A stretch of DNA of 64,000 nucleotides, from the NCBI GenBank assembly GCA_951406725.2, contig OX597817.1, forward strand, positions 7,750,001 through 7,814,000, in the 5' to 3' direction. Positions 25,437 through 39,600 of this stretch are shown here, in pieces. The stretch comes from Octopus vulgaris. Its lineage: Eukaryota. The notes beneath the pieces are model-generated. The model saw nothing but the letters and a program-made list of their open reading frames with translations, was not told where the DNA came from and made no database searches. Each line of letters opens with the position of its first letter. Position 1 is the first letter of the stretch. Both the position numbers and the translations under genes were made by a program.

Positions 25437-25454
25437 CTTTTTCACTTCCAAACT

Positions 25455-26535
<1,081 letters not shown>

Positions 26536-26539
26536 GCGA

Positions 26540-26773
26540 AAATAATTTTTTTATACATACCTCATTGGTGTTTCCTCCTAAGTTCTATATACTCTGAGAA
26601 CGCATTAAATCCCTTTTCGGGGCTGATTTATTTGAATTCTTACTATCGGGTAACTAATTTCATGTCATTAAATATACTTTGTATTGTTGTTATTGGATTA
26701 GCGAAACAAGGGATGAAAACCGAACCAAGGGATGAACCCCGCTTTCCCGGTAATTACCGGGTAAGTCAGCTAG
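26540..26773 (+). mobile_element. Helitron 3' end (family B)
   Basis: Perfect 16-bp palindrome CCCGGTAATTACCGGG (26746-26761), an 8-nt spacer, then CTAG|T. The 5' boundary is uncertain. Confidence 0.7.
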
Positions 26774-26784
26774 TATGTGTACAG

Positions 26785-26879
<95 letters not shown>

Positions 26880-26922
26880 CGTACATATATATATACATAC
26901 ATATACATATACGTACATATAC

Positions 26923-26974
<52 letters not shown>

Positions 26975-27044
26975 ATATATATATATATGTATATGTACGT
27001 ATATGCATATGTATATATATATATGTATGTATATGTATATATAT

Positions 27045-27083
<39 letters not shown>

Positions 27084-27291
27084 TGCAGACTGGCAGTCAG
27101 AGAGGCAAGTACCGGGAATATGGGTTGGTGCTGAGAGGCAAGTGTTTGGTCTGATAGGAGGCCATTTGTTCTGAAAGCAGACAAAGTCAGTCGTTCTGTT
27201 AGTACACATCGTGTCAGAAGAGATCAGATAGCTTCGAAAATTCTCTGATCTGGTTTAATCTCTGCATTCACATTTCTACAGACGTATACAT

Positions 27292-27345
<54 letters not shown>

Positions 27346-27362
27346 ACCATTTATCTATACTC

Positions 27363-27394
<32 letters not shown>

Positions 27395-27565
27395 ATATTT
27401 ATACATATATATATACATACATATATATGTGCATACATATATTTATACATACATATATATATGCACATACATATATATAAATATATATACACACACTCCC
27501 ACATATATATATATATATAAATACAGACACACACAAACACACACATGTACCATTTATCTATACTC

Positions 27566-27609
<44 letters not shown>

Positions 27610-27643
27610 GTACATATGCATATATACATACATATATAAATAC

Positions 27644-27699
<56 letters not shown>

Positions 27700-28771
27700 G
27701 CACCCACAAATATATATATATGAGTACACACACGCACGCACAAACACACATATATATATATATATTATTTTGCGTCTTATCTCTATTCGTGATGACGTAA
27801 GAGAAAAGCTGTCAGAAAAACCCCATGCATTAACGACCTCAGCTATTTTTGTAGTTGCGTTGTTAATGGTGGTGAAGGTGTTTCTGGCGGTAGTGGTGGT
27901 GGTGGCGATGATGCTTTGATTCATGTTCAGTTGTTTGTTGTTTATCATTACCATTTGTGAGGGTGGGGTGTCGGGGTTGCACTGCTGCAGCTGGTGGTGG
28001 TGCTGATTTAATGATGACGTCATTTAAAGAGATTATGGTAGGAAGAAGAGAGATACTTAAAAACAGAGTTCATATGAGTTTCTTTTGGACACTAGATTTA
28101 ATGTGGCGTGTGCGTGTCATCATTAAATCTTTCTGGGCTTTTTTTAGCGACGCAAATTATAAGTATGTCTGTATGTGTGTGAGCACGTATCTATTTATCT
28201 ATTAGTATATATATGTATGTATATATGTGTACATGTGCGTGGATCTATTTTACACATGTGTGTGTCTGTGTGTGTGTTTGTGTGTGTGTGTTCCTAAGAT
28301 TATGTACAGGTAAATAAATGTCAATGAAATTCCAACATAGTCTCATTTTCGAGTTTTATTTTTGTATTGTTCACCATTTTACAATATTTCATATCATGAT
28401 AAAAGAAGTATTGTCACGCTTTCCGCAATCTTCAGGTTTATATAGTAATAGTATTAGCCAACTGTCATGTTTCGAAAGTATGTATGCATGCATGTATATA
28501 TGTACATTAGAAGAAAAGGACAACAAAAACCAAGGCAGGACGAGTATCTCAATTCAGCTATGAACTTGGAACCTAACTGATGACCAATTATATCGCAATT
28601 ATAACGGTTGACCATTTACAGCGGACCTATTTGTTTAGATCATCGGTGAACTAAACCCCACATATTCTATATGTGTGTGTATAAATATATATGTATGTGT
28701 GTGTGTATAGAGAAAGAGAAAGAGAAAGAGAGTGCGTAAGATTTATGTTTATAAAAAAACAGCTATGTGAT

Positions 28772-28984
28772 TGTTTCAAATTTTGCCACAAGGGCAGCAG
28801 CTTTCGGGGAGGGGATAGTCGATTACATCGACCCCAGTACTCGACTTGTGCTTAATTCATCAACGCCGAAAGGATAAAAGGCAAAGTCGACCTCGGTGGA
28901 ATTTGAACTCAGAACGTAGCAGCTAACGAAATACTGCTAAGCACTTCGCCCAACGTGCTAGCGATTCTGCCACCTTGCCGCCTT
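28772..28984 (-). mobile_element. Nin-type tRNA-derived SINE
   Basis: Reverse complement of the 6376 family head (GGCAAAGTCGACCTCGGTGGAATTTGAACTCAGAACGTA on plus) with a different tail. Confidence 0.85.
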
Positions 28985-29077
28985 CCTAAAAACAATCAGC
29001 TATATAATAACAGATAATAACTTTGCTTATCAAAACATGCTTTGAGGATAAAATTAAACCTTCTTTTCTATAATCTT

Positions 29078-29225
29078 ATTCAATAAAGCCACCTTCAGCT
29101 TCCACAGCTGCTTCTATATCGGATCCAAATCATCTACATGCTCGAATCAAGTGGTTTTGTTTCATTTTGGACATTACTCTGACTATGGCAGCTTTCAAAG
29201 AATCTTTGATGGTATGGGCATGTCC
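29078..29225 (-). mobile_element. Tc1/mariner-superfamily transposase C-terminal fragment
   Basis: Minus reads [45 protein letters not shown]. Confidence 0.75.
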
Positions 29226-29307
29226 ATATATATACGTATATATACATATATATAAATATACATATATATATATACAAATATATATAAACATATATATACA
29301 TACATAA

Positions 29308-29392
<85 letters not shown>

Positions 29393-29571
29393 AATAGTAT
29401 TTAATCATGTCAAAGGGAAATGGAATTTAATTAAAATTAAAACATTCAATCAAAATTTACATTTCCAGTGGTCTAACGTGCAAAAACAATTAGTCAAGAA
29501 GACTATATATTAGTCATACGATATAGTGTATATCTATACACATAAGGAATCCACTTAAAGTGAATCACGTG

Positions 29572-29629
<58 letters not shown>

Positions 29630-29666
29630 AGAGAGAGAGAGAGAGAGATACATATATACATAAACA

Positions 29667-29950
29667 TATGGTGGTTGTGTACTCCTTATGCACATTTTGA
29701 CCACCTCCTTTACCTACACCTTAGTACCATCATGGCATCTGATGTGGCTTTTTACACCGGACAATGTTCTGAAAGGGCACCCACATAGATTGCACCTCCG
29801 ATTTGGACCACCAAGAACTGCAGATAAGTTCTGCTTTCTCTGGATCTTAAAATGTCTTTTGAGGCCTCCATTGTATTTGGAAACCTTCTGCCATGCACTG
29901 CATTCAAAGGTGTGCACAGACATATAAGCAGAATAGTTGGTGGAGGCTCG
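29667..29950 (-). mobile_element. Two decayed C2H2 zinc fingers plus a short 3' UTR, probably an RTE-type LINE 3' end
   Basis: ORF 29714-30019 reads FECSAWQKVSKYNGGLKRHFKIQ..RRCNLCGCPFRTLSGVKSHIRCH, then a stop. There is no TGEKP linker. Confidence 0.55.
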
Positions 29951-30373
29951 TTTATATATACACACGCACACACCCATATACATCATGTAAATATGTAAAT
30001 ACTGGGTTGAAAAAGTCAAAACCTGCCTTTATCTTTTCCTATTCACAAGGGTTTTCCAACTCAATATTTACAATCTATTATTTATAGCCTTATCCCTGTG
30101 CTTCGAAGTTCACTGCTCCACAAACGAAATAACTGACGTTTTTATTTTTCGAAGGTTTCAGGCAAGAACCTCTTCCGGTTCCAGATTACCAAATTGTATA
30201 TTCAAGCATAAATCATATATATATATATTTGTGTGTCTGTGGTTGGTGGGAAGTACATATATATATATACTAGGCGTGTATTGCGTTTGAAATATAAACG
30301 CTCTCTTGAGGTATTTTCTCTCATATATAATTTGTGTGCGCATACATACTTAAGTATCTAAATATATATATGT

Positions 30374-30638
30374 TGTAAAGTGGGTTCCTCGCACTAGTGT
30401 GATGTGTGACTGCCGTTGTACTGTAGTATCTGTTTTCCGCTACAAGTCACTAGTCATCGGATACCATTTTATCTCCTCGTACCGAAATAGTACTACTATC
30501 GCTGATAGCTCCACAACTATCGACTCTCAACTCTTCGACTCTGGACCGTCTCTTGACGACCGGCTACTAGTCTATGTATAATGGCTACTCCAATCACTTT
30601 TTACCGGGGTGGGATGAATACAGTTTAACTATATTACA
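30374..30638 (-). mobile_element. Solo LTR (265 bp), Gypsy-like
   Basis: TGTAA...TTACA termini, with a 4-bp TSD ATGT at 30370-30373 and 30639-30642. Strand is inferred from a TATA-like motif (~30575) and GATAAA (~30470) on minus. Confidence 0.72.
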
Positions 30639-30680
30639 ATGTATGTGTGTGTATGTATAAATACTTATAAACACGCATAT

Positions 30681-33600
30681 ATCCCCCTCTCTGGAATGTT
30701 TAATATTCCTTCCTTCCCTTCCTCTCCTTCACCTTCAAATCTCCCTCTCTGGAATGTTTAATATTCCTTCCTTCCCTTCCTCCCCTTCACCTTCAAATCC
30801 TCCCCTCTGGAATATTTAATATTCCTTCCTTCCCTTCCTCCACTTCACCTTCAAATCCCCCTCTCTAGAATGTTTGATATTCCTTCCTTCCCTTCCTCTC
30901 TTTCACCTTCAAATCCCCCTCTATGCAATGTTTAATATTCCATCCTTCCCTTCCTCCCCTTCAATTCGAATCCCCCTCTCTGGAATGTTTAATATTCCTT
31001 ACTTCCCTTCCTCCACTTCACCTTCCAATCCCCCTCTCTGGAATGTTTGATATTCCTTCCTTCCCTTCCTCCCCTTCACCTTCAAATCCCCCTCTCTGGA
31101 ATGTTTAATATTCCTTACTTCCCTTCCTCCATTTCACCTTCAAATCCCCCTCTCTGGAATGTTTGATATTCCTTCCTTCCCTTCCTCCCCTTCAACTTCA
31201 AATCCCCCTCTCTGGAATGTTTAATATTCCATCCTTCCCTTCCTCCCTTTCACCTTCAAATCCCCCTCTCTGGAATGTTTAATATTCCATCCTTCCCTCC
31301 TCCCCTTCACCTTCAAATCCCCCTCTCTGGAATGTTTAATATTCCTTCCTTCCCTTCCTCCCCTTCACCTTCAAATTCCCCTCTCTGGAATGTTTAATAT
31401 TCTTTCATTCCCTTCCTCCCCTTCACCTTCAAATCCCCCTCTCTGGAATGTTTAATATTCCTTCCTTCCCTTCCTCCCCTTCACCTTCAAATCCCCTCTC
31501 TGGAATGTTTAATATTCCTTCCATCCCTTCCTCCCCTTCACCTTCAAATCCTCCCCTCTGGAATGTTTAATATTCCTTCCTTCCCTTCCTCCACTTCACC
31601 TTCAAATCCCCCTCTCTGGAATGTTTGATATTCCTTCCTTCCCTTCCTCTCTTTCACCTTCAAATCCCCCTCTCTGGAATGTTTAATATTCCATCCTTCC
31701 CTTCCTCCCCTTCAATTCAAATACCCCTCTCTGGAATGTTTAATATTCCTTACTTCCCTTCCTCTCCTTCACCTTCCAATCCCCCTCTCTGGAATGTTTG
31801 ATATTCCTTCCTTCCCTTACTCCCCCTCACCTTCATATCCCCCTCTCTGGAATGTTTAATATTCCTTACTTCCCTTCCTCCATTCACCTTCAAATCCCCC
31901 TCTCTGGAATGTTTGATATTCCTTCCTTCCCTTCCTCCCCTTCACCTTCAAATCCCCCTCTCTGGAATGTTTAATATTCCATCCTTCCCTTCCTCCCTTT
32001 CACCTTCAAATCCCCCTCTCTGGAATGTTTAATATTCCATCCTTCCCTTCCTCCCCTTCACCTTCAAATCCCCCTCTCTGGAATGTTTAATATTCCTTCC
32101 TTCCCTTCCTCCCCTTCACCTTCAATTCCCCCTCTCTGGAATGTTTAATATTCCTTCCCTTCCTCCGCTTCACCTTCAAATCCCCCTCTCTGGAATGTTT
32201 AATATTCCTTCCTTCCCTTCCTCCAATTCACCTTCAAATCCCCCTCTCTGGAATGTTTGATATTCCTTCCTTCCCTTACTCCCTTTAACCTTCAAATCCC
32301 CCTCTCTTGAATGTTTAATAATCCATCCTTCCCTTCCTCCCCTTCACCTTCAAATCCCCCTCTCTGGAATGTTTAATATTCCTTCCTTCCCTTCCTCCAC
32401 TTCACCTTCAAATCCCCCTCTCTGGAATGTTTAATATTCCTTCCTCCCTTTCACCTTCAAATCCCCCTCTCTGGAATGTTAAATATTCCATCCTTCCCTT
32501 CCTCCCCTTCACCTTCAAATCCCCCTCTCTGGAATGTTTAATATTCCTTACATCCCTTCCTCCCACTTCACCTTCAAATCCCCCTCTCTGGAATGTTTAA
32601 TATTCCTTCCTTCCCTTCCTCCACTTCACCTTCAAATTCCCCTCTCTGGAATGTTTAATATTCCTTCCTCCCTTTCACCTTCAAATCCCCCTCTCTGGAA
32701 TGTTTAATATTCCATCCTTCCCTTCCTCCCCTTCACCTTCAAATCCCCCTCTCTGGAATGTTTAATATTCCTTCCTTCCCTTCCACCCTTTCACTTTCAA
32801 ATCCCCCCCTCTGGAATGTTTGATATTCCTTCCTTCCCTTCTTCCACTTCACCTACAAATCCCCCTCTCTGGAATGTTTAATATTCCTTCCCTTCCTCCC
32901 CTTCACCTGCAAATCCCCCTCTCTGGAATGTTTAATATTCCTTCATTCCCTTCCTCCCCTTCACCTTCAAATCCCCCTCTCTGGAATGTTTAATATTCCT
33001 TCCTCCCCTTCCTCCCCTTCACCTTCAAATCCCCCTCTCTGGAATGTTTAATATTCCTTCCTTCCCTTCCTCCCCTTCACCTTCAAATCCCCCTCTCTGG
33101 AATGTTTAATATTCCTTCCTTCCCTTCCTCCCCTTCACATTCAAATCCCCCTCTCTGGAATGTTTAATATTCCTTCCTTCCCTTCCTCCCCTTCACCTTC
33201 AAATCCCCCTCTCTGGAATGTTTGATATTCCTTCCACCCCTTCACCTTCAAATCCCCCTCTCTGGAATGTTTAATATTCCTTCCTTCCCTTCCTCCCCTT
33301 CACATTCAAATCCCCCTCTCTGGAATGTTTGATATTCCTTCCTCCCCTTCCTCCCCTTCACCTTCAAATCCCCCTCTCTGGAATGTTTAATATTCCTTCC
33401 TCCCTTCCTCCCCTTCACCTTCAAATCCCTCTCTCTGGAATGTTTAATATTCCTTCCTTCCCTTCCTCCCCTTCACCTTCAAATCCCCCTCTCTGGAATG
33501 TTTAAATTCCATCCTTCCCTTCACCTTCAATCCCCCTCTCTGGAATGTTTGATTTTCCTTCCTCCACTTCCTCCCCTTCACCTTCAAATCCCCCTCTCTG

Positions 33601-36600
33601 GAATGTTTAATATTCCTTCCTCCCTTCCTCCCCTTCACCTTCAAATCCCCCTCTCAGGAATGTTTAATATTCCTTCCTTCCCTTCCTGCCATTAACCTTC
33701 AAATCTCCCTCTCTGGAATGTTTGATTTTCCTTCCTCCCCTTCACCTTCAAATCCCCCTCTCTGGAATGTTTAAATTCCTTCCTTCCCTTCACCTTCAAA
33801 TCCCCCTCTCTGGAATGTTTGATTTTCCTTCCTCCCCTTCCTCCCCTTCCTCCCCTTCACATTCAAATCCCCCTCTCTGGAATGTTTAATATTCCTTCCT
33901 CCCCTTCCTCCCCTTCACCTTCAAATCCCCCTCTCTGGAATGTTTAATATACCTTACTTCCCTTCCTCCCCTTCGCCTTCAAATCTTCCTCTCTGGAATG
34001 TTTGATTTTCCTTCCTCCCCTTTCTCCCCTTCCTCCCCTTCACCTCCAAACCCCCTCTCTGGAATGTTTAATATTCCTTCCTCCCCTTCCTCCCCTTCAC
34101 CTTCAAATCCCCCTCTGTGGAATGTTTAATATTCTTTCCTTCCCTTCCCTTCACCTTCAAATCCCCCTCTCTGGAATGTGTGATATTCCTTCCTCCCCTT
34201 CCTCCCCTTCACCTTCAAATCCCCGTCTCTGGAATGTTTAATATTCCTTCCTTCCCTTCCTCCCCTTCACCTTCAAATCCCCCTCTCTGGAATGTTTAAT
34301 ATTCCTTCCTTCCCTTCCTCCCCTTCACCTTCAAATCCCCCTCTCTGGAATGTTTAATATTCCTTCCACCCCTTCACCTTCAAATCCCCCTCTCTGGAAT
34401 GTTTAATATTCCTTCCTTCCCTTCCTCATCTTCAAATCCCCCTCTCTGGAATGTTTAATATTCCATCCTCCCATTCCTCCCCTTCACCTTCAAATCACCC
34501 TCTCTGGAATGTTTAATATTCCTTCCTTCCCTTCCTCCCCTTCACCTTCAAATCCCCCTCTGTGGAATGTTTAATATTCCATCCTTCCCTTCACCTTCAA
34601 ATCCCCCTCTCTGGAATGTTTGATATTCCTTCCTTCCCTTCCTCCCCTTCACCTTCAAATCCCCCTCTCTGGAATGTTTAATATTCCTTCCTTCCCTTCC
34701 TCCCCTTTCACCTTCAAATCCCCCTCTCTGGAATGTTTAATATTCCATCCTTCCCTTCCTCCCCTTCACCTTCAAATCCCCCTCTCTGGAATGTTTAATA
34801 TTCCTTCCATCCCTTCCTCCCCTTCACCTTCAAATTCCCCCTCTCTGGAATGTTTAATATTCCTTCCTCCCTTCCTCCCCTTCACCTTCAAATCCCCCTC
34901 TCTGGAATGTTTAATATTCCTTCCTTCCCTTCCTCCCAATTCACCTTCAAATCCCCCTCTCTGGAATGTTTGATATTCCTTCCTTCCCTTACTCCCTTTA
35001 ACCTTCAAATCCCCCTCTCTTGAATGTTTAATAATCCATCCTTCCCTTCCTCCCCTTCACCTTCAAATCCCCCTCTCTGGAATGTTTAATATTCCTTCCT
35101 TCCCTTCCTCCACTTCACCTTCAAATCCCCCTCTCTGGAATGTTTAATATTCCTTCCTCCCTTTCACCTTCAAATCCCCCTCTCTGGAATGTTAAATATT
35201 CCATCCTTCCCTTCCTCCCCTTCACCTTCAAATCCCCCTCTCTGGAATGTTTAATATTCCTTACTTCCCTTCCCCCACTTCACCTTCAAATCCCCCTCTC
35301 TGGAATGTTTAATATTCCTTCCTTCCCTTCCTCCACTTCACCTTCAAATTCCCCTCTCTGGAATGTTTAATATTCCTTCCTCCCCCTTTCACCTTCAAAT
35401 CCCCCTCTCTGGAATGTTTAATATTCCATCCTTCCCTTCCTCCCTTCACCTTCAAATCCCCCTCTCTGGAATGTTTAATATTCCTTCCTTCCCTTCCACC
35501 CTTTCACTTTCAAATCCCCCCCTCTGGAATGTTTGATATTCCTTCCTTCCCTTCTTCCACTTCACCTACAAATCCCCCTCTCTGGAATGTTTAATATTCC
35601 TTCCTTCCCCCTCCCCTTCACCTTCAAATCCCCCTCTCTGGAATGTTTAATATTCCTTCATTCCCTTCCTCCCCTTCACCTTCAAATCCCCCTCTCTGGA
35701 ATGTTTAATATTCCTTCCTCCCCTTCCTCCCCTTCACCTTCAAATCCCCCTCTCTGGAATGTTTAATATTCCTTCCTTCCCCTTCCTCCCCTTCACCTTC
35801 AAATCCCCCTCTCTGGAATGTTTAATATTCCTTCCTTCCCTTCCTCCCCTTCACATTCAAATCCCCTCTCTGGAATGTTTAATATTCCTTCCTTCCCTTC
35901 CTCCCCTTCACCTTCAAATCCCCCTCTCTGGAATGTTTGATATTCCTTCCACCCCTTCACCTTCAAATCCCCCTCTCTGGAATGTTTAATATTCCTTCCT
36001 TCCCTTCCTCCCCTTCACATTCAAATCCCCCTCTCTGGAATATTTGATATTCCTTCCTCCCCTTCCTCCCCTTCACCTTCAAATCCCCCTCTCTGGAATG
36101 TTTAATATTCCTTCCTCCGCTTCCTCCCCTTCACCTTCAAATCCCTCTCTCTGGAATGTTTAATATTCCTTCCTTCCCTTCCTCCCCTTCACCTTCAAAT
36201 CCCCCTCTCTGGAATGTTTAAATTCCATCCTTCCCTTCACCTTCCAATCCCCCTCTCTGGAATGTTTGATTTTCCTTCCTCCACTTCCTCCCCTTCACCT
36301 TCAAATCCCCCTCTCTGGAATGTTTAATATTCCTTCCTCCCCTTCCTCCCCTTCACCTTCAAATCCCCCTCTCAGGAATGTTTAATATTCCTTCCTTCCC
36401 TTCCTGCCATTAACCTTCAAATCTCCCTCTCTGGAATGTTTGATTTTCCTTCCTCCCCTTCACCTTCAAATCCCCCTCTCTGGAATGTTTAAATTCCTTC
36501 CTTCCCTTCACCTTCAAATCCCCCTCTCTGGAATGTTTGATTTTCCTTCCTCCTTCCTCCCTTCCTCCCCTTCACATTCAAATCCCCTCTCTGGAATGTT

Positions 36601-39600
36601 TAATATTCCGTTCCTCCCTTCCTCCCCTTCACCTTCAAATCCCCCTCTCTGGAATGTTTTATATATTCCTTCCCTTCCTCCCCTTCGCCTTCAAATCTTC
36701 CTCTCTGGAATGTTTGATTTTCCTTCCTCCCCTTTCTCCCCTTCCTCCCCTTCACCTCCAAACCCCCTCTCTGGAATGTTTAATATTCCTTCCTCCCCTT
36801 CCTCCCCTTCACCTTCAAATCCCCCTCTGTGGAATGTTTAAATTCCTTCCTTCCCTTCACCTTCAAATCCCCCTCTCTGGAATGTGTGATATTCCTTCCT
36901 CCCCTTCCTCCCCTTCACATTCAAATCCCCGTCTCTGGAATGTTTAATATTCCTTCCTCCCCTTCCTCCCCTACACCTCCAAATCCCCCTCTCTGGAATG
37001 TTTAATATTCCTTCCTTCCCTTCCTCCCCTTCACCTTCAAATCCCCCTCTCTGGAATTTTTAAATTCCTTCCTTCCCTTCACCTTCAAATCCCCCTCTCT
37101 GGAATGTCTAATATTCCTTCCTTCACTTATTTCCATTCATCTTCAAATCCCCCTCTCTGGAATGTTTAATATTCCATCCTCCCATTCCTCCCCTTCACCT
37201 TCAAATCACCCTCTCTGGAATGTTTAATATTCCTTCCTCCCCTTCCTCCCCTTCACCTTCAAATCCCCCTCACTGGAATGTTTAATATTCCTTCCTTCCC
37301 TTCCTCCCCTTCACATTCAAATCTCCCTCTCTGGAATGTTTGATTTTCCTTCCTCCCCTTCCTCCCCTTCACCTTCAAATCCCCCTCTCTGGAATGTTTA
37401 ATATTCCTTCCTCCCCTTCCTCCCCTTCACCTTCAAATCCCCCTCTCTGGAATGTTTAATATTCCTTTCATCCCTTCCTCCCCTTCACCTTCAAATCCCC
37501 CTCTCTGGAATGTTTAAATTCCTTCCTTCCCTTCACCTTCAAATCCCCCTCTCTGGAATGTTTAATATTCCTTCCTTCACTTCCTTCCCTTCACCTTCAA
37601 ATCCCCCTCTCTGGAATGTTTAATATTCCTTCCTTCCCTTCCTCCCCTTCACCTTCAAATCCCCCTCTCTGGAATGTTTAATATTCCTTCCACCCCTTCA
37701 CCTTCAAATCCCCCTCTCTGGAACGTTTAATATTCCTTCCTTCCCTTCCTCCCCTTCACAATCAAATCCCCTCTCTGGAATGTTTAAATTCCTTCCTTCC
37801 CTTCACCTTCAAATCCCCCTCTCTGGAATGTTTAATATTCCTTCCTTCACTTCTTTCCCTTCACCTTCAAATCCCCCTCTCTGGAATGTTTAATATTCCT
37901 TCCTCCCCTTCCTCCCCTTCACCTTCAAATCCCCATCTCTGGAATGTTTAATATTCCTTCCTCCCCTTCCTCCCTTCACCTTCAAATCCCCCCACTCTGG
38001 AATGTTTAATATTCCTTCCTTCCCTTCCTCCCTTCAACTTCAAATCTTCCTCTCTGGAATGTTTAAATTCCTTCTTTCCCTTCACCTTCAAATCCCCCTC
38101 TCTGGAATGTTTAATATTCCTTCCTTCACTTATTTCCCTTCACCTTCAAATCCCCCCTCTCTGGAATGTTTAATATTCCTTCCTCCCCTTCCTCCCCTTC
38201 ACATTCAAATCCCCCTCCCTGGAATGTTTAATATTCCTTCCTCCCCTTCCTCCCTTCACCTTCAAATCCCCCTCTCTGGAATGTTTAATATTCCTTCCTT
38301 CCCTTCCTCCCCTTCACATTCAAATCTCCCTCTCTGGAATGTTTAATATTCCTTCCTTCACTTATTTCCCTTCACCTTCAAATCCCCCTCTCTGGAATGT
38401 TTAATATTCCTTCCTCCCCTTCCTCCCCTTCACCTTCAAATCCCCCTCTCTGGAATGTTTAAATTCCTTCCTTCCCTTCACCTTCAAATCCCCCTCTCTG
38501 GAATGTTTAATATTTCCCTCCTTCCCATCCTTCCCTTCACCTTCAAATCCCCCTCTCTGGAATGTATAATATTCCTTCCTTCACTTATTTCCCTTCACCT
38601 TCAAATCCCCTCTCTGGAATGTTTAATATTCCTTCATCCCCTTCCTCCCCTTCACCTTCAAATCCCCTCTCTGGAATGTTTAATATTCCTTCCCTCCCCT
38701 TCCTCCCCTTCACCTTCAAATCCCCCTCTCTGGAATGTTTAATATTCCTTCCTTCCCTTCCTCCCCTTCACCTTCAAATCCCCCTCTCTGGAATGTTTAA
38801 TATTCCTTCCTTCCCTTCCTCCCCTTCACCTTCAAATCCCCCTCTCTGGAATGTTTAAATTCCTTCCTTCCCTTCACCTTCAAATCCCCCTCTCTGGAAT
38901 GTTTGATTTTCCTTCCTCCCCTTCCTCCCCTTCACCTTCAAATCCCCCTCTCTGGAATTTTTAATATTCCTTCCTTCCCTTCCTCCAATTCACCTTCAAA
39001 TCTCCCTCTCTGGAATGTTTGATTTTCCTTCCTCCCCTTCCTCCCCTTCATCTTCAAATCCCCCTCTCTGGAATGTTTAATATTCCTTCCTCTCCTTCAT
39101 CCCCTTCACCTTCAAATCCCCCTCTCTGGAATGTTTAATATTCCTTCCTTCCCTTCCTCCCCTTCACCTTCACATCCCCCTCTCTGGAATGTTTAATATT
39201 TCCCTCCTTCCCTTCCTCCCTTCACCTTCAAATCCCCCTCTCTGGATTGTTTGATATTCCTTCCTCCCCTTCCTCCCCTTCACCTTCAAATCCCCCTCTC
39301 TGGAATGTTTAATATTCCTTCCTCCCCTTCCTCCCCTTCACCTTCAAATCCCCCTCTCTGGAATGTTTAATATTCCTTCCTTCCCTTCCTCCCCTTCATC
39401 TTCAAATCCCCCTCTCTGGAATGTTTGATATTCCTTCCTCCCCTTCCTCCCCTTCACCTTCAAATCCCCCCTCTGGAATGTTTAATATTCCTTCCTTCCC
39501 TTCCTCCCCTTCACATTCAAATCCCCCTCTCTGGAATATTTGATACTCCTTCCTCCCCTTCCTCCCCATCACCTTCAAATCCCCCTCTCTGGAATGTTTA

